Shown here in pieces: positions 1-10,038 of a DNA stretch of 64,000 bases. The stretch is taken from positions 32,001 through 96,000 of the IMG/VR virus record IMGVR_UViG_3300013426_000023, one strand, 5' to 3'. The notes beneath the pieces were generated by a model. The model was not told where the DNA came from and searched no databases. It worked only from the letters and a program-made list of their open reading frames with translations. How positions within the stretch are numbered: the stretch's first letter is position 1; every line of letters begins with the position of its first letter. The DNA comes from a virus. Lineage: Duplodnaviria > Caudoviricetes. Made by a program: the position numbers and the translations under genes.

Positions 1-3000
1 ACAATATCAAAATCCTTTGAATCATAAACACCTTCTTTAAGATGTTCAAATGCAGTTTGCATATCATCTGTCCACAAACCCATCATATCTAACATTGCCC
101 TATAGGAACTAAGACTTCTATATGCTTGAGCATCTGTTTGATTTATATCTTTAAATTTATCAAGTATTGTAAGAGCTTCTTCTTTTGAAAGCCTCTTTTC
201 TTTTACAGCTTGTTCAATATTCTTTTTAATATCTAAATAATTAGTTGAAGTAATTATATTATCTTTGATATATATAGTTCTTTCAATTTGTCTTCCATAT
301 TTAGAATTAATATTTAACTTTGAACCAGCAGCATAAATTTCTTTATATCTTTTTTGAAAATCAACACCATTTTTATAATAAGCTAAATCTGTTGTTGTTA
401 TCTGTATTATTTGTGATGTTGCAAAATTTTGATTCCAAAAGTACTCTTCCAATTTATCCATAGCTGCTTCTTGTGTAGTAGCTACTCCCATATCTATAAG
501 TTGTTGTGCTAAATTTCTATCATTATAAGAATCTAAATATTCTTTATAATTATTATCCATAATTTCAGAAATAGCAGAATTTAGAAATTCATCAAGAGCA
601 TCTTTATCTTCTGATAAAGCATTTATTGCTTCTTTAAAAGACATTTCAATTCCATATTCATTGACATAATCTCTATTTTCATCAGTTATTTCAGATTTTG
701 TAAAAATCTCATAATCACTTGTCCTATAGTACTTATTTGTATTTAATTCTGGAAAGAAATTAAATAATTTACCTCTTTTATCAAAATTTTGTATCTTCAT
801 TATACCAGATTGGTCTCTATTTTCAACAAGTTTTATTCTTTCAATCTCTTGATAAATAACTTGTCTAAACATAGGAAGTAATTTTTGTTTAAATGTACCT
901 TCATTATCAGTTACTTGTTTTGTAAATCTAATGAACATTGCTACTGGAGAATCTGAAAATATAGGAAAATTATACCAAGCATATTGTTTCTTTGCTCCCT
1001 TATTCTCTGGTATACTAAAATATTCAGTTAAAAAAGCACTCTTTATTTGATTTGGTTTCCAATCTTCATAACTATCTGAATCCAATGTATTTATTTCTTT
1101 TATTGCAATGTGTGACCTTACATCTGAATCAGATTCTATTTGTCTTAGCCATTCATTCTTCCATTTATTATTTTCTTTATCATAAAACCAATTATAAGCT
1201 TTAAATTCTTTATCAAGATATTCTTGTCTTCTTTCGTCATTTAAAAACTTTTTTATTTGAGTGTTTACATAATTAGGAGCAGAATAAGAATAATAGGTTT
1301 TACCATTATTTCTAAAAGATTGTATGTTATCTAATTCTGTAACAGTACCTACTAATTCTGCAATATTAGTATATTGTTCTTTTAAGTTTTCAATTAAATG
1401 GTCATTTTCATTTAATTCTTTTGCTTTATTAAATATTTCCTTAAGATTTCTTATTAAACTAAGAAGATTATTTTTACCATTTATATCATCAAATAAATAA
1501 GATATATCATTCTTAGATGTATTAAAACCAACCATTCTAAGAGCATTATTTATATTGTTGTAAATAGTATCAAGATTATCCTCATCAAAGTCTTGTATTA
1601 ACTTAAAGGATTTATTCATTAATCCAATACCAGTATCACAGTTTGAATCTATTATTTTACCATTACTGTCATAAATACTATTATTTGACATCATATCATT
1701 ACTTTCATAATTTCTAATAACATCTGTCATAGTACTATCAACACCTACAGCTTGATTAAGAGATATTGTTTCTGTAACACCTTTTTCTTCATTAAACTTC
1801 TGAGTCCAATATGGTATGAAATCTTTTCTAAAATCTGTATAAAATAAACTTATTAACTTAGGGTCTTCTAAAAGTTTATCTATTACTTGATTAACCCAAG
1901 TATATTTTTGAGCAAGTCTTTCCAATGCCAACAATCTATAATTACCATTTTCAAGCCTACTAAAATCATTAGGGTCAATCATATTTGATAAAGCATTTAT
2001 AATAGTTGCATGAGCAATATCTTCTCTTACATATCTTGTGAACCCTAAATCATCTACATCAATACTACCATCAGGTCTTAATCTCTTAATGTCTCTCAAT
2101 ACAGATTTAGTACCTTGTGATATTGATATATGTGGGTCTACTTCTCTTACTTTAAAGGACCAACCATCATTTCCACTTACAGCTTGTCCATTTTCATTAT
2201 CTCCTGTTTGTTCTTCGTCATTATTATTTTCTGTTTCAGTGTTTTCAATAGTAGAATTGTCTTCATCTTTATTTTCTTTATCTATTACTATTCTAACACC
2301 TTCATTCATTTCAATATAATTACAAGCATCTTCAAGAAGATAATCAAAATAGTCTAATGTATTTTGGACTTTTTCTCTTATTAATTTTGGTTCTTGTCCA
2401 TATAATTCTTGAATTTCCTCATCAGAATAATCAAGTATGTCAGAGAATAAAGATTTAATATTGTTTGCAATGTTACTAAATCCAATTTCACTTATTGCAA
2501 ATTTTCTACCATTTGTATCTTTAAGTCTAAGAAGTTTTTGTTCTCTTTGCTTCTTTATTTCTTCATTCTCAGCATTTGCTATTTCATCTTCTGTTTGTTC
2601 TATTAATTCATCATATATAGAATCAAGCTGATTACTAAATTCTCTCGCTATTGAATTTACTCTATCTGTATATTCTGTTGTACTAAAAATTCTTGCTATT
2701 TTTACATAAGCACTTTCTGTATCAATTTTTACATTTCTTTCAGCATCTATATATGGTACATCTTCTTTTTCTTCATTACTTATATCAATTTGGATTGGTC
2801 CTTGAATTTTTGCTGTATCTTTTGATAAATCGTAAGGTTTCACATCATTCCAAAATTTAAACCATTCTTCACTTATATAAACATTTTTAGGCATTTCTCC
2901 TGCTGCTTTGAAGAAACTAACCATTTCTTCGCCAGTATAACCATTTAAAGTTTTCTTCTGTATTCCATTTCTATAAGCAATTTTAAATTGTTTACTTGGT

Positions 3001-4784
3001 ATCCTCTTCGCAGTTTCATACATTTTTTGGATATTTGTAATTATATCTCTTGGAGAAATACTTCTAAAACCATTATTAGCTTTTATTCTAAGGTCTTTAG
3101 TAGGTAAAGCATAACTATTTCCTTGAATACCTTCACCTTGACCATAATGAGCACCAAATTGTTCTCTTGCTATTTTTGCAGAACCAGCACCATGTCTTCC
3201 TTCAGGATTTGAACCAAATACAAATATTGTATTACCATCATTAGTTATATTACCTGTATAATGATTTACATATTTATTTTTCATTTCAAACCTATTTTTA
3301 AAAGAAATTTCATCAGAAATATCATTTCCTTGTTTATTTCTATATGTCCATTTTGATGGAGCATTTACTGTAGTTTTTATACCTAAATATTGACCTGCTT
3401 TTGCTCCTGCTTCATCAATACCAGTTTGTCCTCCAGTTCTTATTTCAGATATAGTAATTCCTTTATTTTGTAAACCTTTAATAATATCTATTAATTTAAT
3501 ATCATATTGGAATTGATTTTTACTTAATGAATAAATACCATTACCTGCTATATTAAGTTTAATATCTTTTGTTTTACCTAATGCAGTCATTTGGTTATAT
3601 ATAGAATCAACTATATCATTTACATTTTTAGTTATATTAGAAGATACATATTTACCTTCTGCACTATATTTAGTTAATTTTTCACCAGCTGTATCAAAAT
3701 TTTCAGCTAAAGCTATTGTTATATCTGACCATTCAATATTTTCTCTTGTTCTATCAGAATATTTAGATGAAGTTGATTTAATGAAATCTATACCTTTTAT
3801 ATTAAGGTTTTTATTAGTTTTCGGATATATACCTATAGAATTTAAACCATCTTCTGTAGCTCTAGTTTCAATAGCTATTTTATCAAGTGTCATTAAATCT
3901 TTACCTTGTTTCCAATATACAGCTCTATCATTATGTTGCACATGACTATTTTCATGTATTAGTAACATTTTTATAATGTTTTCTTTATTTTCAAGAGCTT
4001 TAAATATTTCACTTTTATCATATCCTTTTGATATTAATTCTTTTAATACTTCTTTCTTTTGTTCAGACGATTTTGATTTAATGTCACCATTAAGATAATG
4101 TCTAATCTCATCAGTGGTTATTCCTTCTCTAATAGTTATTTCATTAGTTTTAGAATTTGTACCAGCTAAAATATTATTTGCTGTAACAGGAACAATTTTA
4201 TAATTTATAGTTGTGTCTGTTCCATTGATATTAACAGTTATAGAATTTGTTTTAGGCTTAAACTCTTCCTTAAATCTCATTTTTGCCTTTACCATTTTAT
4301 CAAATGCCTCATCAAGATATTTATCTCTTGTTGTTTGGTCTAATTGTGTAATATCTTGATTATTTTCAAATAAAGATTTATAAAGATAGAGATTAAATGT
4401 ATAAATTGCTTTTGGAGAATCAAATTCCTGAGCATTTTCAATCATTTTCTTACTTTTGTATGTTGTGTTATACCAAGTATTGGCACTTATATTATCATTA
4501 AAAGTTCCTAATTTAAATCTACCATTCATTATAGTAACAATTGGAGCATTTGGTTTAAGCTCAATTGTATCATAAATAGGCAAGTCCAATTCTGCAATGG
4601 CAGCTCTTTCTTTATTATTTTCAATATAATGTTTTATATCATTATCTGATGGTCTAAGATAAGCATTATTAGCAATAGATTTCATTGTAGATATAATATT
4701 ATTTAATATATCTGCGTCCATGTTTAATCTTTTTGCTTGTTCTCTTATATCTTTAGTGATAAAAGTACAAAAAATTCTATTCAT
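1..4784 (-). CDS. Giant virion RNA polymerase polyprotein (crAss-like), 3' end outside the window; N-terminal accessory domains
   Basis: ATG at 4784 (MNRIFCTFITKDIREQ...). The frame matches at both ends and in the stretches translated by hand; it is absent from the ORF track, consistent with no in-window stop. Near the left edge it reads INQTDAQAYRSLSSYRAMLDMMGLW, resembling the TD(G/A)Q segment of crAss-like RNAP. It has its own Bacteroidota-type promoter. Confidence 0.8.
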   Translation of the reverse strand, partial: MNRIFCTFITKDIREQAKRLNMDADILNNIISTMKSIANNAYLRPSDNDIKHYIENNKERAAIAELDLPIYDTIELKPNAPIVTIMNGRFKLGTFNDNISANTWYNTTYKSKKMIENAQEFDSPKAIYTFNLYLYKSLFENNQDITQLDQTTRDKYLDEAFDKMVKAKMRFKEEFKPKTNSITVNINGTDTTINYKIVPVTANNILAGTNSKTNEITIREGITTDEIRHYLNGDIKSKSSEQKKEVLKELISKGYDKSEIFKALENKENIIKMLLIHENSHVQHNDRAVYWKQGKDLMTLDKIAIETRATEDGLNSIGIYPKTNKNLNIKGIDFIKSTSSKYSDRTRENIEWSDITIALAENFDTAGEKLTKYSAEGKYVSSNITKNVNDIVDSIYNQMTALGKTKDIKLNIAGNGIYSLSKNQFQYDIKLIDIIKGLQNKGITISEIRTGGQTGIDEAGAKAGQYLGIKTTVNAPSKWTYRNKQGNDISDEISFKNRFEMKNKYVNHYTGNITNDGNTIFVFGSNPEGRHGAGSAKIAREQFGAHYGQGEGIQGNSYALPTKDLRIKANNGFRSISPRDIITNIQKMYETAKRIPSKQFKIAYRNGIQKKTLNGYTGEEMVSFFKAAGEMPKNVYISEEWFKFWNDVKPYDLSKDTAKIQGPIQIDISNEEKEDVPYIDAERNVKIDTESAYVKIARIFSTTEYTDRVNSIAREFSNQLDSIYDELIEQTEDEIANAENEEIKKQREQKLLRLKDTNGRKFAISEIGFSNIANNIKSLFSDILDYSDEEIQELYGQEPKLIREKVQNTLDYFDYLLEDACNYIEMNEGVRIVIDKENKDEDNSTIENTETENNNDEEQTGDNENGQAVSGNDGWSFKVREVDPHISISQGTKSVLRDIKRLRPDGSIDVDDLGFTRYVREDIAHATIINALSNMIDPNDFSRLENGNYRLLALERLAQKYTWVNQVIDKLLEDPKLISLFYTDFRKDFIPYWTQKFNEEKGVTETISLNQAVGVDSTMTDVIRNYESNDMMSNNSIYDSNGKIIDSNCDTGIGLMNKSFKLIQDFDEDNLDTIYNNINNALRMVGFNTSKNDISYLFDDINGKNNLLSLIRNLKEIFNKAKELNENDHLIENLKEQYTNIAELVGTVTELDNIQSFRNNGKTYYSYSAPNYVNTQIKKFLNDERRQEYLDKEFKAYNWFYDKENNKWKNEWLRQIESDSDVRSHIAIKEINTLDSDSYEDWKPNQIKSAFLTEYFSIPENKGAKKQYAWYNFPIFSDSPVAMFIRFTKQVTDNEGTFKQKLLPMFRQVIYQEIERIKLVENRDQSGIMKIQNFDKRGKLFNFFPELNTNKYYRTSDYEIFTKSEITDENRDYVNEYGIEMSFKEAINALSEDKDALDEFLNSAISEIMDNNYKEYLDSYNDRNLAQQLIDMGVATTQEAAMDKLEEYFWNQNFATSQIIQITTTDLAYYKNGVDFQKRYKEIYAAGSKLNINSKYGRQIERTIYIKDNIITSTNYLDIKKNIEQAVKEKRLSKEEALTILDKFKDINQTDAQAYRSLSSYRAMLDMMGLWTDDMQTAFEHLKEGVYDSKDFDI

Positions 4785-4813
4785 ATTACTTACTATTTTA
4801 ATTTATTTGTTTG

Positions 4814-4844
4814 CAAAGTTAATACTTTTATAGTTAGTATCAAA
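4814..4844 (-). promoter_or_regulatory. Bacteroidota sigma-A-type promoter for the RNAP polyprotein
   Basis: Minus strand TTTG-N19-TAACTTTG, 30 nt upstream of ATG 4784. Confidence 0.7.
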
Positions 4845-4865
4845 ACTTATTATTATTTATGTTAA

Positions 4866-4910
4866 TAAAAAATAGGGAATCCATAAACAAATAGTTTATG
4901 AACTCCCTAT
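4866..4910 (-). terminator. Intrinsic terminator ending the replication operon
   Basis: Minus strand ATAGGGAGTTCATAAAC-TATTT-GTTTATGGATTCCCTAT followed by a T-run, just after the thyX stop. Confidence 0.75.
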
Positions 4911-4917
4911 AACATTA

Positions 4918-5793
4918 TTAACATATTTCATCAAATGATTGTTTTAGCTTATGTGCTAAATCATACATTTGAGGGTCTACAGTTGATACATCCCTTAGTT
5001 CAAAAAAATGTTCCCAATCTTTATCAAATCCACACATATATAGTTCTGTCTTAACATTATTACTTAACACTACTCTTGCTTGTTGAGGTGTTTGATGTTC
5101 CTTTAAGAGAGAGAAATATGTGTCTTCATTTTCATAAGCACTAATTAAAAACTTTTCTGATATTGTTGTTTTACATTTTATTTCTTCTGGATATATATTT
5201 TGATAATCATTATAAGTAAAGTTACCTTCTTTAATATTCATCCAACATGGAATAATATAAGTAACTTGACCATCAAATTTCTCTTTATTATATGCACAAT
5301 ATCTTTGACTTTCCATCACGAAACTAAATGCTCTATGCCTTGTAAGCTCCTGTGCAATTACCCTTGATGTTATGAATCTAACTGTAATTCTCTTAGGGAA
5401 GTTATCATCATTATTCTCAACAAAATAATCAACTAATCTTGGACATACTTTCAACATTCTTAGATAATATGCATAGTTTGTAGTGATATACATATTTATA
5501 CCTACACGTACAAATCTAATCCACATAAAATTATACAAATTATTTTCAATAAGTACATCTTTTAGTGCACTAAATGTTGGATAAGACATCTTTAAGTGAA
5601 CAGTACCAAATTCAAATGTAGTGGTATGTCCCTTGCTACTAAGCATATCTATGAACTTAAGATATGATTTATCTGTAATCTTATCTTCGCTCTTATAGGA
5701 GATTCTTGCACATCTTTCAATATGTTTCTTGATTCCCATTAAAGAGAAATCTGTTTGATTAATGATTTCAAAGCTTTGTTTAATTAACTTCAT
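4918..5793 (-). CDS. thyX: Flavin-dependent thymidylate synthase
   Basis: RHRAFSFVMESQRY ThyX motif, GHTTTFEF, PQQARVVL, FFELR. Confidence 0.92.
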   Translation of the reverse strand: MKLIKQSFEIINQTDFSLMGIKKHIERCARISYKSEDKITDKSYLKFIDMLSSKGHTTTFEFGTVHLKMSYPTFSALKDVLIENNLYNFMWIRFVRVGINMYITTNYAYYLRMLKVCPRLVDYFVENNDDNFPKRITVRFITSRVIAQELTRHRAFSFVMESQRYCAYNKEKFDGQVTYIIPCWMNIKEGNFTYNDYQNIYPEEIKCKTTISEKFLISAYENEDTYFSLLKEHQTPQQARVVLSNNVKTELYMCGFDKDWEHFFELRDVSTVDPQMYDLAHKLKQSFDEIC

Positions 5794-5795
5794 AG

Positions 5796-6368
5796 TTATA
5801 CATAATCTAAAAGTAAAACACGTTCATTATCTTCAGCGTAATAATAATAAGTTTGCCTTGCATATCTATTGCTAAGTTTAGCAAACTTCTTAGTACCAAA
5901 TATATATTGATACCATTTAGCACTAACACTTGCATGATATTCTTTGACTTCTATAGAAGGTTTGAGAAGTTCTTTCCATTCCCAATAGATGATAGCAGAA
6001 TCAATATGAATATCCTCAAATAAATAACATTGAAGAGTATTTATAAAATAAATAAACTTTTCAGTTTGAATCTTATAGTCTTTTGGCTTTACTCTCTCGT
6101 CAAGTATTATTCTTAAATAAATAGTATTATCAACAACATCATTGAATATTTTAGCAAGAGCATCAATATTTATTAAACCATAATCTACTTTATTATGAAC
6201 TATATGCCAATCAGTACCAACTAATCTAATTCTAATATCAAAATATCTAACTCCAGCATCATATTGAGCTTTGATATTCTTATCTTGACATTTATTCCAA
6301 AGTCTTGTAATCTTCCCCCAAAAGTTCTTTGGAGGAAGGTAAGAAAATGTATTATGAGAACCAATCAT
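5796..6368 (-). CDS. PI-PLC X-domain phosphodiesterase-like protein
   Basis: IGSHNT...CQDKNIKAQYDAGVRYFDIRI...H matches the PI-PLC X-box pattern. Confidence 0.75.
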   Translation of the reverse strand: MIGSHNTFSYLPPKNFWGKITRLWNKCQDKNIKAQYDAGVRYFDIRIRLVGTDWHIVHNKVDYGLINIDALAKIFNDVVDNTIYLRIILDERVKPKDYKIQTEKFIYFINTLQCYLFEDIHIDSAIIYWEWKELLKPSIEVKEYHASVSAKWYQYIFGTKKFAKLSNRYARQTYYYYAEDNERVLLLDYV

Positions 6369-6556
6369 AACGGCATATCAATATAATTTTGAGTATTATG
6401 GTCATATATATCTGGTTCTTCTTCTGTAACCATATATGACACTTCACTATCTTTAAAATTATTTGCTTTAAGCCAAGCAGTAGCTTCCATATCTTCAATG
6501 TCAGCTACCTCTATCTGACCAGCAGCATAATTCAATATACTTATCCACATAGTCAA
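6365..6556 (-). CDS. Hypothetical protein
   Basis: Packed in the operon, ATGA overlap with the next gene. Confidence 0.6.
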   Translation of the reverse strand: MTMWISILNYAAGQIEVADIEDMEATAWLKANNFKDSEVSYMVTEEEPDIYDHNTQNYIDMPL

Positions 6557-6883
6557 TCATTCTAAAGTTATACACTTCTCATCAACAACCCAATCAGACA
6601 GGTCATTAATCTTTGCCTGTATGTTCTTGATGTTTTTCCTTTTCTTATATTCCTCAAGGAATGCCTTCATCTGCTCTGGTGAGTAATACTGAGTATCAAA
6701 ATCACTCATCAGTTTTCTATCATCATCTTCATCACCTTTACTTATGGTAAGCTTCACAGTCTTACTCATGGTAATACTGACAGTAGCTTCCACTGTGACT
6801 TCCTTTTCTTCTTGATTCCAAGGAGCATTATTCTCCTCACTTTGCATTAGTGTTGGTGTATTTGAACTCATATTATTCAGCAT
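6557..6883 (-). CDS. Hypothetical protein (NNAPWNQ motif; likely start 6871)
   Basis: Operon context, acidic phage-type protein. Confidence 0.65.
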   Translation of the reverse strand: MLNNMSSNTPTLMQSEENNAPWNQEEKEVTVEATVSITMSKTVKLTISKGDEDDDRKLMSDFDTQYYSPEQMKAFLEEYKKRKNIKNIQAKINDLSDWVVDEKCITLE

Positions 6884-7062
6884 TTAATACTATTTGATTG
6901 CTCCACTATCATGTCTCTAAGTTCCTTAAACTTCTTAGCCACTTTTGGGTCAACCAATCTATTGTCCACAAAGGAGCAGCTTGAAGTATATGTCATATAT
7001 AAGTCACATATCTTCTTAGCTACTCCATATATAAGTCTCTTCCTATTCTTGTTAGTGTCCAT
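6877..7062 (-). CDS. Hypothetical protein (start revised to MDTNKNRK)
   Basis: ATG at 7062 follows the stop of 7064..7264, removing the overlap in the track call 6877..7191. Confidence 0.55.
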   Translation of the reverse strand: MDTNKNRKRLIYGVAKKICDLYMTYTSSCSFVDNRLVDPKVAKKFKELRDMIVEQSNSIKC

Positions 7063-7063
7063 A

Positions 7064-7264
7064 TTATTTAACTTTAGTAGGCTTTCTTGGCTTTCTCTTA
7101 GGTTTATCCAACTCAATGTACCTATCACATATCTCAATGATTCTCCTTGCATAGCTTGCAGCAGTGCTGCTATATTCTGCACATTCCTCATTGATTGTGT
7201 CAGCCCATGACTTAATCTGAGTTATTGATAGCCAAGCCTCTGCTATTTTCTCTTTCTGTGTCAT
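7064..7264 (-). CDS. Hypothetical protein
   Basis: Tiles between neighbours; basic C-terminus. Confidence 0.6.
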   Translation of the reverse strand: MTQKEKIAEAWLSITQIKSWADTINEECAEYSSTAASYARRIIEICDRYIELDKPKRKPRKPTKVK

Positions 7265-7266
7265 AG

Positions 7267-7707
7267 TTATGAGATATTACATAAAACTTTCTCAAAGTCT
7301 GTATAGTTATTCTTAATATCTGATACAAACATTTTCATGAAGTTAAGGTTCTCTACATTAGAGAGCATATCGTTATATTCTTCCTTGTACTGTACTAACT
7401 GTTCAATACATTCAGAGTTACCTGATGAGTGTAACTCATACTCATGTATCTTATGAAATAAGTCCTCAATCTCTCCGTCAAGCTCCACTATGGCATCCTT
7501 AAGGCTCTCTTCAGTAAGTTGGGTATATACACCTTCATTGCCTGCCCATACAGGATTTAGAGCCTCAGATATTGCTGAGTAAATAGGATGATTTCTACTG
7601 AAGGAACAGAATAACAAAGGCTTGTTTACCTCACTAACCAAGGGGACATCCTTTGGCTTGTCACAATTGCCTTTTGGCACTAAATAAATGTTCAGATAAC
7701 TACTCAT
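7267..7707 (-). CDS. Hypothetical protein
   Basis: 146 aa, operon context. Confidence 0.7.
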   Translation of the reverse strand: MSSYLNIYLVPKGNCDKPKDVPLVSEVNKPLLFCSFSRNHPIYSAISEALNPVWAGNEGVYTQLTEESLKDAIVELDGEIEDLFHKIHEYELHSSGNSECIEQLVQYKEEYNDMLSNVENLNFMKMFVSDIKNNYTDFEKVLCNIS

Positions 7708-8185
7708 TGTTTAATCCTTTCTTTAATTGTTTAATATGGTCTTGTAAATAAAATAGAGCTTTCTCACAATCCTCAATCTCTTTCTCCTTTGAGGAATATC
7801 CCTTTTCTTTCTTCAAGCCAGCTCTCCATAGGTATTTTATCACATTACCTATATCAAAGTTATAATGTCTCACTATGTCTATGCACTCCACACCACTTGG
7901 ATGAGAGTTGTAATAAGATGGGTGATTTACCTTGTCTTTGTTTGCATTTTCATCTTTATAAACCATACAATTTTCCAGTATATAGTCCTTTAATATTGTA
8001 TCATAAGAATTATTTTCATCATATATAGACAAACAAGCTTCATTGATATCTTTTACTCTATACCATTTGAATAATACGATGTTTTTCTTATTTGTATTAT
8101 GTACAAAGTTAATAGAATCACCTATTTTCAGATTGTCATATTCTTCTTTTGTCATAATTACCAAAATAATGATTGTTCTTGACAT
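7700..8185 (-). CDS. DUF3310-domain protein (likely start 8155)
   Basis: DKVNHPSYY...ECIDI...GNVIKYLWRAGLK...EDCEKALFY is the DUF3310 pattern. Confidence 0.8.
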   Translation of the reverse strand: MSRTIIILVIMTKEEYDNLKIGDSINFVHNTNKKNIVLFKWYRVKDINEACLSIYDENNSYDTILKDYILENCMVYKDENANKDKVNHPSYYNSHPSGVECIDIVRHYNFDIGNVIKYLWRAGLKKEKGYSSKEKEIEDCEKALFYLQDHIKQLKKGLNNE

Positions 8186-10038
8186 TTTAGCTTGAATAAT
8201 ATCTTACTTGCTTCTTTAATATAATATCTATAATTAATATCTTTAGGAAATTCCTTTATTTCATTTATATCATTACAGATTGTTACTCCTGAAGCAGTAA
8301 GCATATTAGCAGCTTTTTTAATCTCACCATTTTCATCAAGCTCACATTTATATAGATAACCACCATTGGTAGATATATAATATCTATTGATATGAGTGAT
8401 GAACTTATCTAAATATTGTACTGTAAATTTCTTATCAACTTTCTGATATGTAATGAAGTCATTAATATCTCTGCTATTTCTAATTGTTTCCTCAACAGGT
8501 ATATTATCTGCTAAGTTAGCATTAATAGCTTTTGGTATTATCATTGCATTCATACCTTTACCTAATGTTACAGTATCAATAAATAGACCTTTTTTCTTTA
8601 ATAATTTAGGGTTATGTGAGTCTTTGTAACCCTCAAGAACACCTAAATAATCATTGATAGCAAATTGATAAAATCTCTCAAATCTATCTTCTTCAAGCTC
8701 TAATTTAGTTAGATTCTCCCACCATTTACAAACAGCTTTAAATTGTTTTTCATCTTTTTTCTTTCTAAGTACAAAAAGACCATCTGTATTAGCTTGTATA
8801 ATCTTACAACCTATTGCTATTAATTTTTCTGCAAGCATCAATAATAACAATTGTCCATTAATTCTAATTCTCATTACAGTTTTAGGAGAATAACACCAAG
8901 AAAATTCAGATTGTAAGTTTCCTGACAAACCATTAATACTTAATTTTAATGTTAAGTTTTTCAATTCATTGCCATTATGTTTAGCTTCAATTCTTTCATC
9001 TTTTATTCCTTTATATACTTCAAGAAATTCCTTACCAAGATGAGGTGGATAGAAACCATATTCTATAATTAAACTTGGATACAATGAGGCAACATCTACA
9101 TCACTGATAACTTCCTGATTATCAGCTATATATACACTTGGTTTATTAACAGAATGAATACCCCCAACTCCAACAGAATATTCAAGATTATCCATAAGGA
9201 AATGTTTATTATATCCTTTTCTATCTGGTGATACAACTTGTTGTTTCATCTCTTTTAATAAATCTTGTAATATAGGAGTGTCATACTTAATAAAAGGAAG
9301 AATAATTTCATTCAAATTAATCTTATCACATGGACTTCTTAAATCTTTAATATCATTCCAAGTTTTATGTGTCTTTTCAAGATATTTAGTTTTAAGAATC
9401 TCCATACCAAGATTAACACCATCTTTATTAAGTGCTTTGATACCATATTCTTCCTCAATATTAAGTCTTAACTTAATATCATTCTCACATCTATATAACA
9501 ACTCTTCAGTTGAATTTACATCATTTATATTGTATTGTATCATCTTAGGAATATCTCCTACTGGTATAGGAGCTTCAAAATCACCATCATATTCCTGCAC
9601 ATTAGGATATTTCATGGTTACTTGCATTTCCTTTAATCCTACTCTCAACTTTTGTGAGAACAACATAGTTAATAAATCCAACGTTTCAAAATTATTGGTA
9701 TATTTCCATCTTTTCCATTTCTCTAAATCTCCCTTAATAATAGTTTGACTTAATTGAAATAAATTATATTCAATTTCTGTTCTTGTAGCTTTTTCAATTG
9801 AATTTTTATATTCAATAATGAAATTTACAATAGGATTATCATAATGAATATTATTATATCCACAGAATATAAACTTCTTATCTAAAAATAATGAAACTAA
9901 ATCTGTGAGATTATTCTTTCTGTCAGATAACTCAAAGAATTGAAACTCTTTTGTCTCAGTGTTTTTGATAGTAAGACTAAAACAATTTGGAAATATCTCA
10001 ATATCATAGACTTGAACTATTAAACCTTTTATTATCAT
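8158..10038 (-). CDS. Family B DNA polymerase with 3'-5' exonuclease
   Basis: Exo motifs YDIE, GYNNIHYD, YNINDV; polymerase motifs DVASLYPS, KLSINGLSG, QANTDG. Confidence 0.92.
   Translation of the reverse strand: MIIKGLIVQVYDIEIFPNCFSLTIKNTETKEFQFFELSDRKNNLTDLVSLFLDKKFIFCGYNNIHYDNPIVNFIIEYKNSIEKATRTEIEYNLFQLSQTIIKGDLEKWKRWKYTNNFETLDLLTMLFSQKLRVGLKEMQVTMKYPNVQEYDGDFEAPIPVGDIPKMIQYNINDVNSTEELLYRCENDIKLRLNIEEEYGIKALNKDGVNLGMEILKTKYLEKTHKTWNDIKDLRSPCDKINLNEIILPFIKYDTPILQDLLKEMKQQVVSPDRKGYNKHFLMDNLEYSVGVGGIHSVNKPSVYIADNQEVISDVDVASLYPSLIIEYGFYPPHLGKEFLEVYKGIKDERIEAKHNGNELKNLTLKLSINGLSGNLQSEFSWCYSPKTVMRIRINGQLLLLMLAEKLIAIGCKIIQANTDGLFVLRKKKDEKQFKAVCKWWENLTKLELEEDRFERFYQFAINDYLGVLEGYKDSHNPKLLKKKGLFIDTVTLGKGMNAMIIPKAINANLADNIPVEETIRNSRDINDFITYQKVDKKFTVQYLDKFITHINRYYISTNGGYLYKCELDENGEIKKAANMLTASGVTICNDINEIKEFPKDINYRYYIKEASKILFKLKCQEQSLFW

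Noticed and set aside
2038-2631. Plus-strand ORFs in the track
   Set aside because: Antisense shadows of the large minus-strand RNAP ORF
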